The position numbers were made by a program, and so were the translations under genes. A stretch of DNA of 64,000 nucleotides from Felis catus. Its lineage: Eukaryota. The stretch is taken from NCBI RefSeq assembly GCF_018350175.1, contig NC_058373.1, positions 107,324,001 to 107,388,000 on the forward strand. Direction: 5' to 3'. Below, piece after piece: positions 26,091 to 38,897 of this stretch (position 1 is its first letter; every line of letters starts with the position of its first letter). Under the pieces are notes generated by a model that was given only the letters and a program-made list of their open reading frames with translations, did no database searches and was not told the DNA's origin.

Positions 26091-26474
26091 AAATGTTTAT
26101 TTTTGACAGAGAGAGTAAGTAGGGGAGGGGCAGAGAGAGAGGTAGACAGAGGATCCAAAGCGGGCTCTGTGCTGACAGCACCGAGTCTGATGCAGGACTC
26201 GAACCCATGAACTGTCTGTCTGAGCCGAAGTCACATGCTTAACTGACTGAGTCACCCATGCTCCCCTTTAATGTTTTTTTAAATTTATTTATTTTTGAGA
26301 GAGACAGAGTATGAGCAGGGGAGGGGCAGAGAGAGACACACACAGAATCTGAAGCAGGCTCCAGGCTCTGAGCTGTCAGCACAGAGCCTGATGTGGGGCT
26401 CGAACTCAGAAACCTGGAGATCATGACCTGAGCCTAAGTCGGACACTTAACTGAGTGAGCCACCCAAGTGCCCC
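26091..26474 (-). mobile_element. Two tandem antisense SINEs (26091-26266, whose tail was split by the L1; 26267-26474)
   Basis: Two reverse-complement SINE bodies. Confidence 0.9.
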
Positions 26475-27790
26475 TATTTTTCTTTATTATTGCTAAAGGC
26501 CCCAAGGCTATATTTTATAAATAAAATTTGTGTTCTTCCATTTAAAAAATTTTAATCTTTGTAACATTGCTCTTGCAAAGCACTTCTGTTACCAAGTCTT
26601 GAGGTACAGATTTATTCTAGGACAATTCTGCTGAAATAATTTGCTTTTTATTTGAATTACTTCTGTACTATAGACTTAAAAAAGTTCCTTTAAATATATT
26701 AACTACATTTGTGCCTAAAAAATTGTATAAAGTTGTTAGATTTGGAAAGAAAATTAGATTCTGCTGTATGTTTACTTTCATACTAGGGAATGTTTAACAA
26801 TATAGTCTTTCCAGGATTAAGTTCTGGGTTGTTATTATTTTAAAAATCTCTAGGCCATTTGAAAAATATGTCTGTTTTCATAGATAGCCTTGGTATAGGC
26901 TCAATATCTATAGGTATAGATAGAAATGTGTTTGTAATCTTCATTTTTGTTTACAGATATAAAGTACTGTGTGTATATTATCTCCTTCCTTCTGCGTGTG
27001 TTTCTGTGTTCTTATTTAACTGAAAACTCGGGAAGGAAAAAGTCTGGATACGTTTAGTTTAGACCTTAGTTCCACAGCATGTGGAAGAACATGTAAGAGA
27101 ACTTCATGTTAAACAGGATAAATTCATCTGCATATAAGAATTAGTATCATTGCTTGTGTCATTCATATGTATATATGCAGATTTATGTAAATAGTAGCCC
27201 TCTTTTAGTGTCAATATAAGGTATTAAAATAAATATTTGCTATCATTTTGTCAATTAAAAAAATTTAGACTTAATTTCTAAAAATAAGTTCAGTAAAGGA
27301 GAGAATATATTTTTGGTTGTACTTAACAATCGTTCTATTGTGCAAAACAGAACAAGGATCATTTCCAAACGGCCTCAGGTGAAATCTAATGGGAAACAAT
27401 TTCAAACTGGTCTGAATTCACTGGTAGAAGAATGTGTCTTAGATAAACATCTGATCTACGTTATAGTACTTTGTATTACTCTTTTTGTGATTAGCTTTTA
27501 ATTTTTTTTATTTTAATAAATATGGTTGGCTTTGCTAGATGAAATAAGACCCTATTGTCTTTAATGTGGATTTTATAAAAATACTTTTTTGCAGGTTATT
27601 TTGATTTATGAATCTCAAACAGCCTTTTCTTATTATGGAATGTTAAAATTTTTTGTGAAGTGTTCTCCATAAAGTGAATATTTAGGTTGACATCAAGTGC
27701 CTATGAAAGGGCATAATTTAAAATGAAAGACTTGTTGCTCATTAGTTTTTCCTTTTTAACTTTCATGTTGCACTTTAACTTTTCTTACAG

Positions 27791-27916
27791 GAGAGTTCAG
27801 ATCTCCCTGTTGCTCTACTTTTGGCTCAGCATAAAGATAGATCTACCCAGTTGGAAATGCAACTTGAGAAACCTAAACCTATAAAACCAGTGACATTTTC
27901 CACAGGCATCAAAATG
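27791..27916 (+). CDS. MNAT1: MNAT1 exon 6 (126 nt), [42 protein letters not shown]
   Basis: tttcttacag acceptor, ATG|gtaagc donor, phase 0/0; continues the MAT1 sequence. Confidence 0.98.
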
Positions 27917-29470
27917 GTAAGCTGTATTTTAATGGCTTGTTTGAAAGATATATTTCAAGGATTGCAGTTTATAATTTTATATTGATTTTTACACATAAAC
28001 TGGAAGGTTCAGATGTTTAAGAACAGTATTTGATCTAGGCTAGACATCTAGAAACATGAATATGTGTAGTGTAAGGAAAATGGAAAGCAATAAATAATTC
28101 TCAAAGTACATGACACTGTTTTGTTGTACATGATACTGGGTTTGTATATTTTTTTCTTTTTCTACATAAATTTTAAGCTTGTAGTGTAGGAAAACATTCT
28201 TAAAAGAAAATACAGCGTTCTGGTTTCTCATATGGCATGTAAGAAGCTTGGATGTTGCCAACTCATAATAACAAGTCAAAAGCTGAGCATAGTGAAAAAT
28301 CAACAACTTTTCTTAGATCCATAAATGAAGAGAGATCAAAAGGCAAACCGCTGCCCTCAAAATTAGAGAGAACGACAGAGAATACAGTGTTTCACAACTT
28401 ACCAGGGCAGTCACCTCACCAGGAACCAGTGCTCCTATAGGGAAATCTGATTATAATTGATAAATTGTTGGAGGCTCAGTGTGGACAACTCTGAGAGTTT
28501 AAAACTCCATGGAGGAACCAGTCATTGAGGGCCCCCACACTTTTTTGTGTGTTACCTCTTGCACCTCTATGAGATTCTCTAGTGAATATTAGAGAAAAAT
28601 CCCCTCTTGTTTCTGGCAGAGGAAAGGGAAATGGAACAGTTTTGAAATATACCAGTGCATTCTATTCTTAATAAGGCCTACCCTCAGGAGAAACTATTTC
28701 ATCAGAGCCTAAACTGCTGGAGTTTATCAGAACCTACCTGATGCAGGGGAAGGGAAATACTCAATTCCAGCTGCTTAGGTCTTCTGTGTGGGAGAAGGGA
28801 AAAAACATAACTTCAGCCCACTCTAACCATCTTGCCCCACCTAAGAGGAGGAGGGAGGGACTGAGAAGCACATGTGAAGTTCATAGTCTAGAGGCACAGG
28901 CTCTTTAAAAGACTGAGACCTAATCATAGAACTATAAAATGTGCTACCAACCCCCATACCTCACCACCACATTGCTTAAGTCCTATTTATAGTAGTTCCT
29001 TTTTTCCAGTCCATCATGCCTTAGCTATCAAGAAAAAAAAATGATAAAACATACTAAAAGGCAGAAAACAGAGTTGGAAGAGACAGAGCCAGCCTCAGAA
29101 CCAGGCTCAGATATGGCAGGGATGTTGGAATGATCAGACTGGGAATTTAAAACAATTGTGATTAATATGCTAAGGATGCTAATGGATAAAGTAGACAACA
29201 TACAAGATCAGATGGGCAGTGGTGAGGAGGGGGATGGAAATTCTGAGAAAGAACCAAAAAGAAATGCTAGAGAAAAAAACACTAACAGAAATGAGGCATA
29301 CCTTTGATGGGCTCATTAATAGATTAGATACCCCTGATGAAAGAATCTTTGAGCAAGAAGATACACCAATAGACTCCTTGAAAACTGAAAACCAAAGAGA
29401 AGAAGACTGGAAACAGACAAAAAAGCAGAATATTGAAGGACTATGGGATGACTACAAAAGTATACCACAA

Positions 29471-29638
29471 GGGCGCCTGGGTGGCTCAGTTGGTTAAGCG
29501 TCCGACTCTTGATTTCTGCTCAGGTCATGATCTCACAGTTTGTGAGTTTGAACCCCATGTCAGGATCTGCACTGACAGTGCAGAGCTTGCTTGTGATTCT
29601 CTCTCTCCCTCTCCCTCTCCCTCTCCCTCTCCCTCTCT

Positions 29639-29693
<55 letters not shown>

Positions 29694-29760
29694 CCCATCC
29701 CCTGCTTGTGCTCTCTCTCTGGCTCTCTCTCAAAAGAAAAAAGAAAAAAGAAGAAAAAAG
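29471..29760 (+). mobile_element. Carnivore SINE with expanded (CT)/(CCCTCT) tract
   Basis: gggcgcctgggtggctcag head; long CT repeat at 29598-29691. Confidence 0.93.
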
Positions 29761-30164
29761 TTGTACCGCTTGCATAATGAAAATACCAGAAAGAGAAGAA
29801 TGAGAAAAAGGCACAGAAGAAATATTTGAAATGGTAACAAGTGAGAATTTCCCCCAAATTAACACCAGAAACAAAACCTAAGATCCAGAAAGCTCAGAGA
29901 ACACTAAGTAGGATAAATGCTCAAAAAACTATGCCTAGGCATATCATTTTCAAATTACAAGAAATTGAAGATAAAAAATCCTGAAGCAGCCAGAGGGGGG
30001 AAAATACCTTACCTATAGAGGAGCAAAGACAAGTATTATATCTGGCTTCTCCTCAGAAACCACACAAACAAGAAGAGAATGGTGTGTAATATAAGATGAT
30101 CAGTGAAAAAAACCACCAACCTAGAATAATGTACCTTGCAAAATTATCTTTTAAAACTGAGTCA

Positions 30165-30364
30165 GGATGCCCAGGTGGCTCAGTCGGTTGAACGTCCAAC
30201 TCCTGGTTTCAGCTCAGGTGGTTTGATCTTGTGGTTTGTGAGATCGAACCCTGTATTAGGCTCTGCACTGACAGCGTGGAACCTGCTTGGGATTCTCTAT
30301 CAGCCCCTTCCCTGCTAGCGCTTGCGTGCACTCTCTCTCTTTCAAAATAAACATTTAAAAAAAA
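30165..30364 (+). mobile_element. Carnivore SINE
   Basis: Degenerate head, A tail. Confidence 0.88.
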
Positions 30365-31345
30365 GTGAAGGAGAAATAAAGGTTATCAGACAAACTAAAA
30401 AAAAAAGGAATTGTTTGTCAGTAGACCTTCCTTGAAAGAAGTGTTAAAAGAAGTTCTTTTAGAGCCAAGGAAAATGAAATCGGTCAGAAGCTAAGATGTA
30501 AAAAAGGAAAGGAAGAGCATAAGAGAAGAAATAAGACAGAATAAAAACTTACATTTTTGTTCTTATTCTAACAGATAAGTCTAATAGCAATATTATATTT
30601 GAGTATGTTTGTTTATGTGTGCCTGTATATACACACATGCTTATATATAAGTGCAATGAATGACAGTGGTAATGCAAGAGACAGGAGGAAGCAATTAGAA
30701 TTATTTTATTATTATGAGGCACTCACAGCAATGTTTCCCTCCCCAACTGCCCATTCAGCTGATTTTTGATTTTTAAAATTGCCTATCTTGTTTGTCATAT
30801 GTGTGCCACCAATTAGATTATAAACATCTTGAGGGCAGAGGCTGCATATTTTAACTTCATTTTATATGATCATGAGTATGTGGGTACTTGGACAATATAA
30901 AATATTCATAATTCATTTTAAATTTATAAATTTAGGAAATAACACATTTTCAAATAATGTAAAGGAAAACATTACTCATTAAGGAATTACAAAAGACAAT
31001 ATAGAGAAAAGAAAATGGGCATGGAAAGACTCAGATGCAATGGGATTAAACTTCAGCTTTACCACTTACTAGGTGTGTGTGCGTGGGTAAGAGATTTCTT
31101 TACCCTTTCTGAGTTTGTTTCCTCATTGGTAAAGCTGAGATAAATTTCACTTTATATGATTGTTTGGAAGATTAAAATGTATGTATAAAATGTTCACTAA
31201 GTGCAACTTTAATGTTATCAGTAGTGTTTGTTTATTATAGTTAAATATCTAAGTGAGTTACATTATAATTTATTTACATTGTGTAATTAGGTAATACATA
31301 TTTTAGGATTCTTGAATTTGAGGGAATTTTATGATATTTTTGGCA

Positions 31346-31584
31346 TTTTTTTTTTTATTTTTAAAAAATTTTTTTTTTCAACGTTTTTTATTTATTTTTG
31401 GGACAGAGAGAGACAGAGCATGAACGGGGGAGGGGCAGAGAGAGAGGGAGACACAGAATCGGAAACAGGCTCCAGGCTCCGAGCCATCAGCCCAGAGCCC
31501 GATGCGGGGCTCGAACTCACGGACCGCGAGATCGTGACCTGGGTGAAGTCGGACGCTTAACCGACTGCGCCACCCAGGCGCCCC
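31346..31584 (-). mobile_element. Young felid SINE
   Basis: TSD gatatttttggcatttt; CpGs retained. Confidence 0.95.
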
Positions 31585-31641
31585 GATATTTTTGGCATTT
31601 TTATGCTTCGTAAATCTGTGGTGGTGCTGTGATCATAGTGG

Positions 31642-32064
31642 TTTTTTTTTTTATTTTTAATTTTTTACATGTTTATTTTTGAGGGGCACCTGGGTGGTTC
31701 AGTCATTTAAGCATCTGACTCTTGGTTTCACCTCAGGTCATGATCTCACAGTTTGTGAGTTTGAGCCCCACATCGGGCTCTACACTGACAGCACACAGCC
31801 TGCCTGGGATTCTCTCTCTCTCTCTCTCCCTCTCTCTGCCCCTCCCCTGCTTGCTATCTCTTTCACTCTCTCTCAAATAAATAAACAAAAAAAATAAATG
31901 TTTATTTTTGAGAGAGAGAGGCAGAGAGAGAGGGAGACACAAAATCCGAAGCAGTCTCCAGGCTCTGACCTGTCAGCAGAGTGCTGTGGGGGGCTCCAAC
32001 TCAGGAACTGCGAGATCATGACCTGAGCCAAAGTTGGACACTTAAATGACTGAGCCAGGTGCCT
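31642..32064. mobile_element. Antisense SINE with a sense SINE (31683-31897) nested in its tail
   Basis: Inner TSD atgtttatttttgag; outer TSD tgatca(t/c)agtg. Confidence 0.9.
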
Positions 32065-32095
32065 GCTATGATCACAGTGTTTTAAAGCTCTTTAA

Positions 32096-32543
32096 AATTT
32101 ATTTGTTTGTTTACTTATTTACTTATTTATTTATTTATTTATTTATTTATAAAATGCTTACTTATTTATTTTGAGAGAGAGAAGAGAGAGAGCGAGTGGG
32201 AGAGAGAGAACCTAATACAGGGCTTGAACTCATGAACTGTGAGATAATGACCTGAGCTGAAATCAGGAGGTGGGATGCTTAACTGACAGAGCCACCCCAG
32301 GCACCTAAAACTTATTGTTTTAAACAATTAAAATTTTTTTTTAAATGTTTATTTATTTTTGAAAGAAAGACAGAGCATGAGTAGGGGAGGGGCAGAGAGC
32401 GAGGGAGACACAGAATCTGAAGCAGGCTGCAGGTTCTGAGCTGTCAGCACAGAGCCCGATTCAGGGCTTGAATTCATGAACGGTGAGATCATAACCTGAG
32501 CTGAAGTCGGCTGCTTAACTGACTGAGCCACCTAGGTGCCCCT
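32096..32543 (-). mobile_element. Two antisense SINEs (32096-32305; 32330-32543)
   Basis: Reverse-complement SINE bodies; (TTTA)n tail. Confidence 0.88.
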
Positions 32544-32559
32544 AAAATTTATGTTTTAA

Positions 32560-34370
32560 TTCGTGTATAGTAAAGGTCATTCTTTGTGGTATACAGGGTC
32601 TTGACAAATGCACACTGTGTATCTACCTCTATGATCATAATATAGAGCAGTTCCATCACCCCTCAAAATTCCCTTCTGCTACGATTTTATAGTCAACCCT
32701 GTACCCCTAAACCCCGTCTCTGTCTCTGTTGTTTTGGATTTTCCAGAATGGCATATAAATGGAATCATACATATAGGCCTTTAGGTCAAGTTTTGTTAAC
32801 TTAGCAACATGTGTTTGAGATCATGCATGTTGTTGTTGTTCCTTTTTGTTGAGTGATATATCATTTTATGGATATACCAGTTTCTTTATTCATCAGTTGA
32901 AGGACATTTGGGTTTTGTTTTTGTTTTTTAATGATTACAAATGAAGTTGCTACAAACTGTATGCTACAACATACAGTTGTGTGCATACAGTTGTGTGTGT
33001 ACATAGGTTTTCATTTCTATTGGGTAAATACTAAGAATGAAATTGGTGACGTATGGGGTATGGGTATGTTTAGTTTTGTAATAAACTGTCAAACTGTTTT
33101 TCAAAGTGACTGTGCCCGTTGGCATTCCCACCGACCTTGTATGAGTGTTCTAATTGCTCTGTATCCTTGCCAGTGCTCGGTATTTTGAGTTTTAAAAATA
33201 TTTTAGGCATTCTAAACAAGTGTGTAACGATTTTTCATTATGGTTTTAATTTGACTAGTGATGTTGAGCATCTTTTCATGTGTTTGTTATCAGTGTTTCA
33301 TTTGCCCTTAGCATTTACTTCAACACTTTAGGTATTTTTTCAGATAAGGTTGTGGCCTTATTATTTATTTTCTTTTTTCTTCCCTCTTTTACAATTTTTT
33401 GTTTTGTGAAATGTAATGTAAATCCACAAAAGTGCACAGAACCAAACTATATAGCTCAGTGAATTGTCACAAAGTTAACATCTGTGTAACCATCATAGGG
33501 GTAAAAGAAAAAAAAGATACTGTCAATGTTCTTGAAGTCGGCCTCATGACCCCTTAGATTTGGTCAGTACCCTATTCTTTTTCCTCAAAGAAGTCACTCA
33601 CTCTTCTTTTATGGCAGTTCCTTTCTTGGTTTTATAAGTAGCTTTTACATCTAAGCATGTATGTCTTAACTTCATTAATATTGTGTCTGTTCATTGTTAT
33701 ATTTGTGAGATTCATCCATGTTTTTGCATATAGCTGTAACTTTTTTCATTTTCATTGCTAGGTAATGTTCCATTGGAGGAATATACTATTTATCCATTCT
33801 GTTGTTGCTGGATGTTTGGATTCCTTAGACTTGTTGGTATTATGAATTATGCCAATGTTTTTATTTATGTTTCTTGGCATACATGTACACATTGGTTTGG
33901 TGGCTATTTATCTAGGAGTAGAGTTATTAGGTGATAGTGAATATGTATATTCACTTTAGAAGATACTACTAAATCATTTTCCAAAGTGGTTTTTACCAGT
34001 TGTATTTCTGTCAGCAGTATTCTTGTTATTCCATATTCTTGTCAACATTTGGGAGGTTTTTGTCTTTTCCAGTTTTACCAATCTGGTGGGTATTTAGTAG
34101 TATATTATGATTCTTTTTTTTTGTAAGCTCCATGCTCAGTGTGGGGCTTGAACTCACGACACTGAGATCAAGAGTTACATGTTCTACTGACTGAGCCAGC
34201 CAGGTACCTTGTGTTTTGTGATTCTAATCTGCATTTTACTTTGTTGATCACTAATGACATTGAGCATTGGCTATCCTGTTTTCTGAAATGCCTGCTCAAG
34301 ACTGTTGCTCATGTGTAGGAATTCTTTTTATGTTCTAGATTTAAGCCTTTTATTAATCATATGTGGCGTA
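32560..34370 (-). mobile_element. Ancient L1M 3' fragments
   Basis: cagaatggcatataaatggaatcatac; aaactgtttttcaaagtg; gagattcatccatg motifs. Confidence 0.7.
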
Positions 34371-34510
34371 GGAGCTGAGATTAAATTATTTGCTAGATTG
34401 ATCACCTGGTTGGCTCAGGTGGTGGAGCATGTGACTCTTCATCTCTTGTGAATTCAAGTCCCATGTTGGATGTAGAGATGACCTAAAAATAAAATCTTAA
34501 AAAAAAACTA

Positions 34511-34578
34511 TGCGTGTGTGTGCGCGCACGCGCGCGTGTGTGTGTGTGTGTGTGTGTGTGTGTATCTATACACACACA
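34511..34578. repeat. (TG)n/(CG)n alternating purine-pyrimidine microsatellite
   Basis: Read directly. Confidence 0.9.
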
Positions 34579-34845
34579 TACTGTCTCTCAAGGGATTGGG
34601 ATTCTTGGTTGTGTGATTTCAGTGGTAGCATTTGCGATCTGTTGCATGCCTTCATACTGTTCCAACTTGCTGAGAAGTAAAAGTGTTTCCTTTTACCTGT
34701 CCCCTCTGCCCCGCAAAAACCCCACAAAGAGTTTAAGAAAAGACCAGAGTTTTTTTTTTTACTGTGGCTTGTTTGTTTTCACTCTCTTGAAGGTGTCTTT
34801 TGATGTCTTTATTGATTTACTTTTTTATTATCCACCTGGAATTGA

Positions 34846-35072
34846 TTTTTTTTTTTAATTTTTTTTTTTCAACGTTTATTTATTTTTGGGACAGAGAGAG
34901 ACAGAGCATGAACGGGGGAGGGGCAGAGAGAGAGGGAGACACAGAATCGGAAACAGGCTCCAGGCTCTGAGCCATCAGCCCAGAGCCCGACGCGGGGCTC
35001 GAACTCCCGGACCGCGAGATGGTGACCTGGCTGAAGTCGGACGCTTAACCGACTGCGCCACCCAGGCGCCCC
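34846..35072 (-). mobile_element. Young felid SINE
   Basis: Near-identical to 13846-14058. Confidence 0.95.
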
Positions 35073-36264
35073 TGATTTTTTTTTGATATGATGTAAGCAT
35101 TAGCTTGTTGAGATTCATATAACTTAAGTGTGTGATAAATACCTATTATTGTTGTTTATTATAACAATTCAGCTTCTGGTTCAAAGGCAAGGTGAACATT
35201 TTAAATGACGGTTTTTATGTGGATTTATTAATATTACTGAATGGGGTGATTGACACATAATGTAGATGGAAATCCAGTGTTGATGTAGTTGAGTGCTTTT
35301 ATACTCTTTGGAAAAATCAATCCTAAAATGCGGGATGAAAAGTAACATTTATTGAGCACCTATATCCCAGGGGTTGATTTCATTGAACACATGTTGGTAA
35401 GGATGCCAACATTGCTTAAGACTTTGTGACTTACGATAGTTCTTTTTAATAAAAGTTGTTGTATTTTGTTTTTATATTTCCATGAAATAGATGATAATCT
35501 TATTTTTGCAGATGTGAAAACTGAGTCTGTCTCAGAGAAGTTAGATCACATATAAAAGATGACACCTGAACTCATTCTCTTTGTATTATACCTCATTATT
35601 TAATTAATGAGACTATTAAAAAAACCAATATTTATAAATTCTACTTCAAGTGTCTTTCTGATTTGAAGAGAGCTAGGATTGAGTTAATTGCTTGTAATAG
35701 TGGGCTGATTATTTGGACTGGGTAACATAAAGGACAGGAGCCAGCACAATGACCTTTTCCTTTCCTGATCTGCCCTACTTCAAGAAAGTCCAGCACAACA
35801 AATGAAGTCAGATACACTGAATTTGGAGAAGGTCCAAGGAAGACATTATAAATGTGATTGAGAGTTTTAGAAATAGATCCTTTGAGATGTGACTGAGAAG
35901 ACAAAATTTATTTAATAAACCTAGAGAAAGATAAAGGATTAAAAATTGGCATAAAATAATGAGTAAGAAATGAGAATTTAATTATTATGTATTGAAATAT
36001 GTAGAGTTGAGGCTGTCAGGGAAGATATTTTGGCTAGGGATGTTCACATAATATTGTGCCTGATGTATTCTTTGAATTATATGTCCTAGGAATTAAACTC
36101 TCAGTTGGTGGGGAAGTGTTAAGGGTAGGATCTTAGAAAGATAATTTATAAAATTTGTGACTTGACTTTCTTAAATAATTCCACTTAATCACTGTCTAAT
36201 GCGTGAATAGGAGAAACTTCATTTTATATATTTGTTGTCTTTTTTATGGTGATAGCTTTGAACT

Positions 36265-36381
36265 CTTTTTTTTTATGATTTTATTTTTGTTAACTAATCT
36301 CTACACCCAACATGGGGCTCCAACTTAAAACCCTGAGATCAAGAGTCACATGCTTTACTGACTGAGCCAGCCAGGTGCCTC
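36265..36381 (-). mobile_element. Short older carnivore SINE (similar copies at ~34115-34210, ~34400-34508 and ~42915-43037)
   Basis: aatctctacacccaacatggggctc...ctgagatcaagagtcacatgc...gagccagccaggtgcc. Confidence 0.8.
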
Positions 36382-37789
36382 TGAACTTTTAAAATGAGAT
36401 TTCCAAATTTGTTTCTCAGTTACTTCTTTGTAATTTGTTTCACGTTAGTTTTTTCAATTTTATTGCTTCAAATCCCAGCAGTATAACTTTAGGGTCTTCT
36501 GTTTCATCTTCATTTCACAAGTCTAATTTTTTCCCCAAATGAATAGATATGGCTGCCATTCCTGATTACATCATTCTGACTTGAGCCTATGAACAGACTT
36601 AAAAAATAAAAACAGATTTTTGCCCCCATTTGTTACTAATTAGTGTCATTAAATATTCATACAGAAAATCTACAGATTTAAGTAACTAAGTCTTAGTCGT
36701 TTGGGAGGGTGGAAAGACACATTGGTCGTGTCATAAAAATAGGAGCCGGAATCGAAGGCTGGGATTCTAGTACTTTTTCAGACAGGATGGTGTTCTAAAC
36801 TTCACTATGTGTTTGTATGCAAACTGGAAACAAACTGAATCACAAGATAACTTAAGAGTTATTTTTAAGTATAGCTTTTGGTTCTTTATGGATGATTACT
36901 GGTGTGTTGTTTAGGGGAATATGCCACCCATTGCCAAAGGGGAAAGCTGTTTGAGTATTTTAACCTTAATGTTTAAAAACATTTATATTATCTATGGGTG
37001 AACCAGATCAGAGCTCGTTTGTAATATTAATTGGCTTTTCTGACTAGTATTTAGCTATTTATATCAATCATTGTTTATTCTTCTGAACTCATTTGAAGGT
37101 TAAACTCTTCGTTAAAATATGTTAAAGAAAATTAATATCCAGTTGTATCTGAAATAAAACAAATTGTACTGCGTGGTCAGTTTTGTCCTATAAAGCCATA
37201 AATTAATGCCAAACAGTTTAACTGCTTTACCATTTTGCCTAAGAAAGGAAAACAAAGCTTGACCAAATATTATTAATTGTATTTTTAATATACATTTTGT
37301 ACTTCTGCAGCAAATCAAAGTGTAGCAGCCAAAGAAGTGATGTATCTTTTATCAAGTCTTGTAAAAATGCAAGTAGTAATAGAGTACTGTTTATATGTTT
37401 TCATCTTTAAATGTGTCTTGAAATTATAATTAGCATTAAAAAGTCTTACCAGTTGTTAGGCATTATGAAATCCATACATAAATGAGTAAGCTATTTAGCT
37501 AGGTGAGTATGAAGTGATTATTTTCTCTAAGCATTTAAATGTCTCTAGCTATTTTATGTTATTTCGATAAAATTGTAGTTCTATTTTTCACCATAGATAT
37601 CTTTGAATCAGAGTTTATATGTAAGCATATAGAAGTTCTATTAGTTCAGTCATATTTTAAAGGAAATACAGGTTCTTATAAGTTAGAATAATCCTATGGT
37701 GAGTACTTTAATAAACCTTTTTATAAAATAAATAGTTGCTTGTGATTAAAATTGTAAATTCACATTTTATTATTTTAGAATTATTTTTA

Positions 37790-38226
37790 ATTAAAATTTA
37801 TTTTAACGTTTATTCATTTTTGAGAGATAAGAGAGAGACAGGCATGAGTGGGGAGGGACAGAGAGAGAGAGGGAGACACAGAATCTGAAGCAGGCTCCAG
37901 GCTCTGAGCTGTCAGCATAGAGCCTGATGTGGGGCTCAAACCCACAAACTATGAGATCATGACCTGAGCGGAAGTCAAATGCTTAACAGGCTGAACCACC
38001 CAGGTGCCCCTTTTTAATTTTTCTTTCAAGTTTATTTATTTATTTTGAGAGAGAGATAGTGTGAGCTGGGTAGGGGCAGAGAGAGAGGGAGAGAGAGAAT
38101 CCCAAGCAGGCCCCATAACTTCAGCATGGAGCCAGATGCAGGGCTTGAACCCACGAACTGTGAGATCATAACCTGAGCCAAAACCAAGAGTTGGCCACTT
38201 AACTGACTAAGCCACCCAGGCATCCC
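37790..38226 (-). mobile_element. Two tandem antisense SINEs
   Basis: Bodies at 37790-38010 and 38011-38226. Confidence 0.9.
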
Positions 38227-38359
38227 TAGAATTACTTAAAATGGGTTGTCCTTATAATATCATTATTAGGGGTTCAAACTGTGGCACCTCTATAACATAC
38301 ATACTAGCTGATATGACCTTGGGCAGATCATTTAAATCATTAAAACCTTAAGTTACTCA

Positions 38360-38897
38360 GTTTTTTTTTTTTAATTAAAAAAAATTTTTAGAGTTTTTAA
38401 ATTCCAGTTAACCTACAGTGTAGTAGTAGTTTCAGTTGTACAGTGTAGTGATTCAACACTTCTATACAATTTCTGGGGCTCATTTCAGCAAGTGCACCTT
38501 AATCTCCATCACCTACTTGACCCATTCCCCCACCGACCTCCCCTCTGGTAACCATCAGTTTGTTCTCTATAGTTAAGAGTCTGTTTCTTGGTTTACTTCC
38601 TCTCTTTTTTTTCCCCTTTGTTTTGTTTCTTAAATTCCACATAGGAGTGAAATCATATGGTATTTGTCTTTCTCTGACCGACTTATTTTGCTTAACATAA
38701 TACTCTCTAGCTCCATCCATGTTGTGGCAAATGGCAAGATTTTGGTATTTTTTTTAAATGACTGGGTAATATTCCATTGTGTATATATACCACATCTTCT
38801 TTATCCATTTATGGACACTTGGGCTCTTTGCATAATTTGGCTATTGTAGATAATGCTGCTATAAACATTGGAGTGCATATATCCCTTGGAATTAGTG
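38360..38897 (-). mobile_element. Carnivore L1 3' end (3'UTR and ORF2 terminus)
   Basis: Poly(T); attccacataggagtgaaatcatatggtatttgtctttctctgac. Confidence 0.88.

Larger units (their letters stand above)
28215..30725 (+). mobile_element. Ancient L1M 5'UTR/ORF1 region, degraded, with two SINE insertions
   Basis: ORF1p-like peptide EILRKNQKEMLE...FDGLINRLDTPDERI (ORF 29219..29497); gatccagaaagctcagagaacactaagtaggataaat motif. Confidence 0.8.

Noticed and set aside
29433..29874. Overlapping ORFs with SLSL/ERER runs (also 44293-44599 and many GAWVAQ.. ORFs)
   Set aside because: They are SINE bodies and (CT)n tracts.
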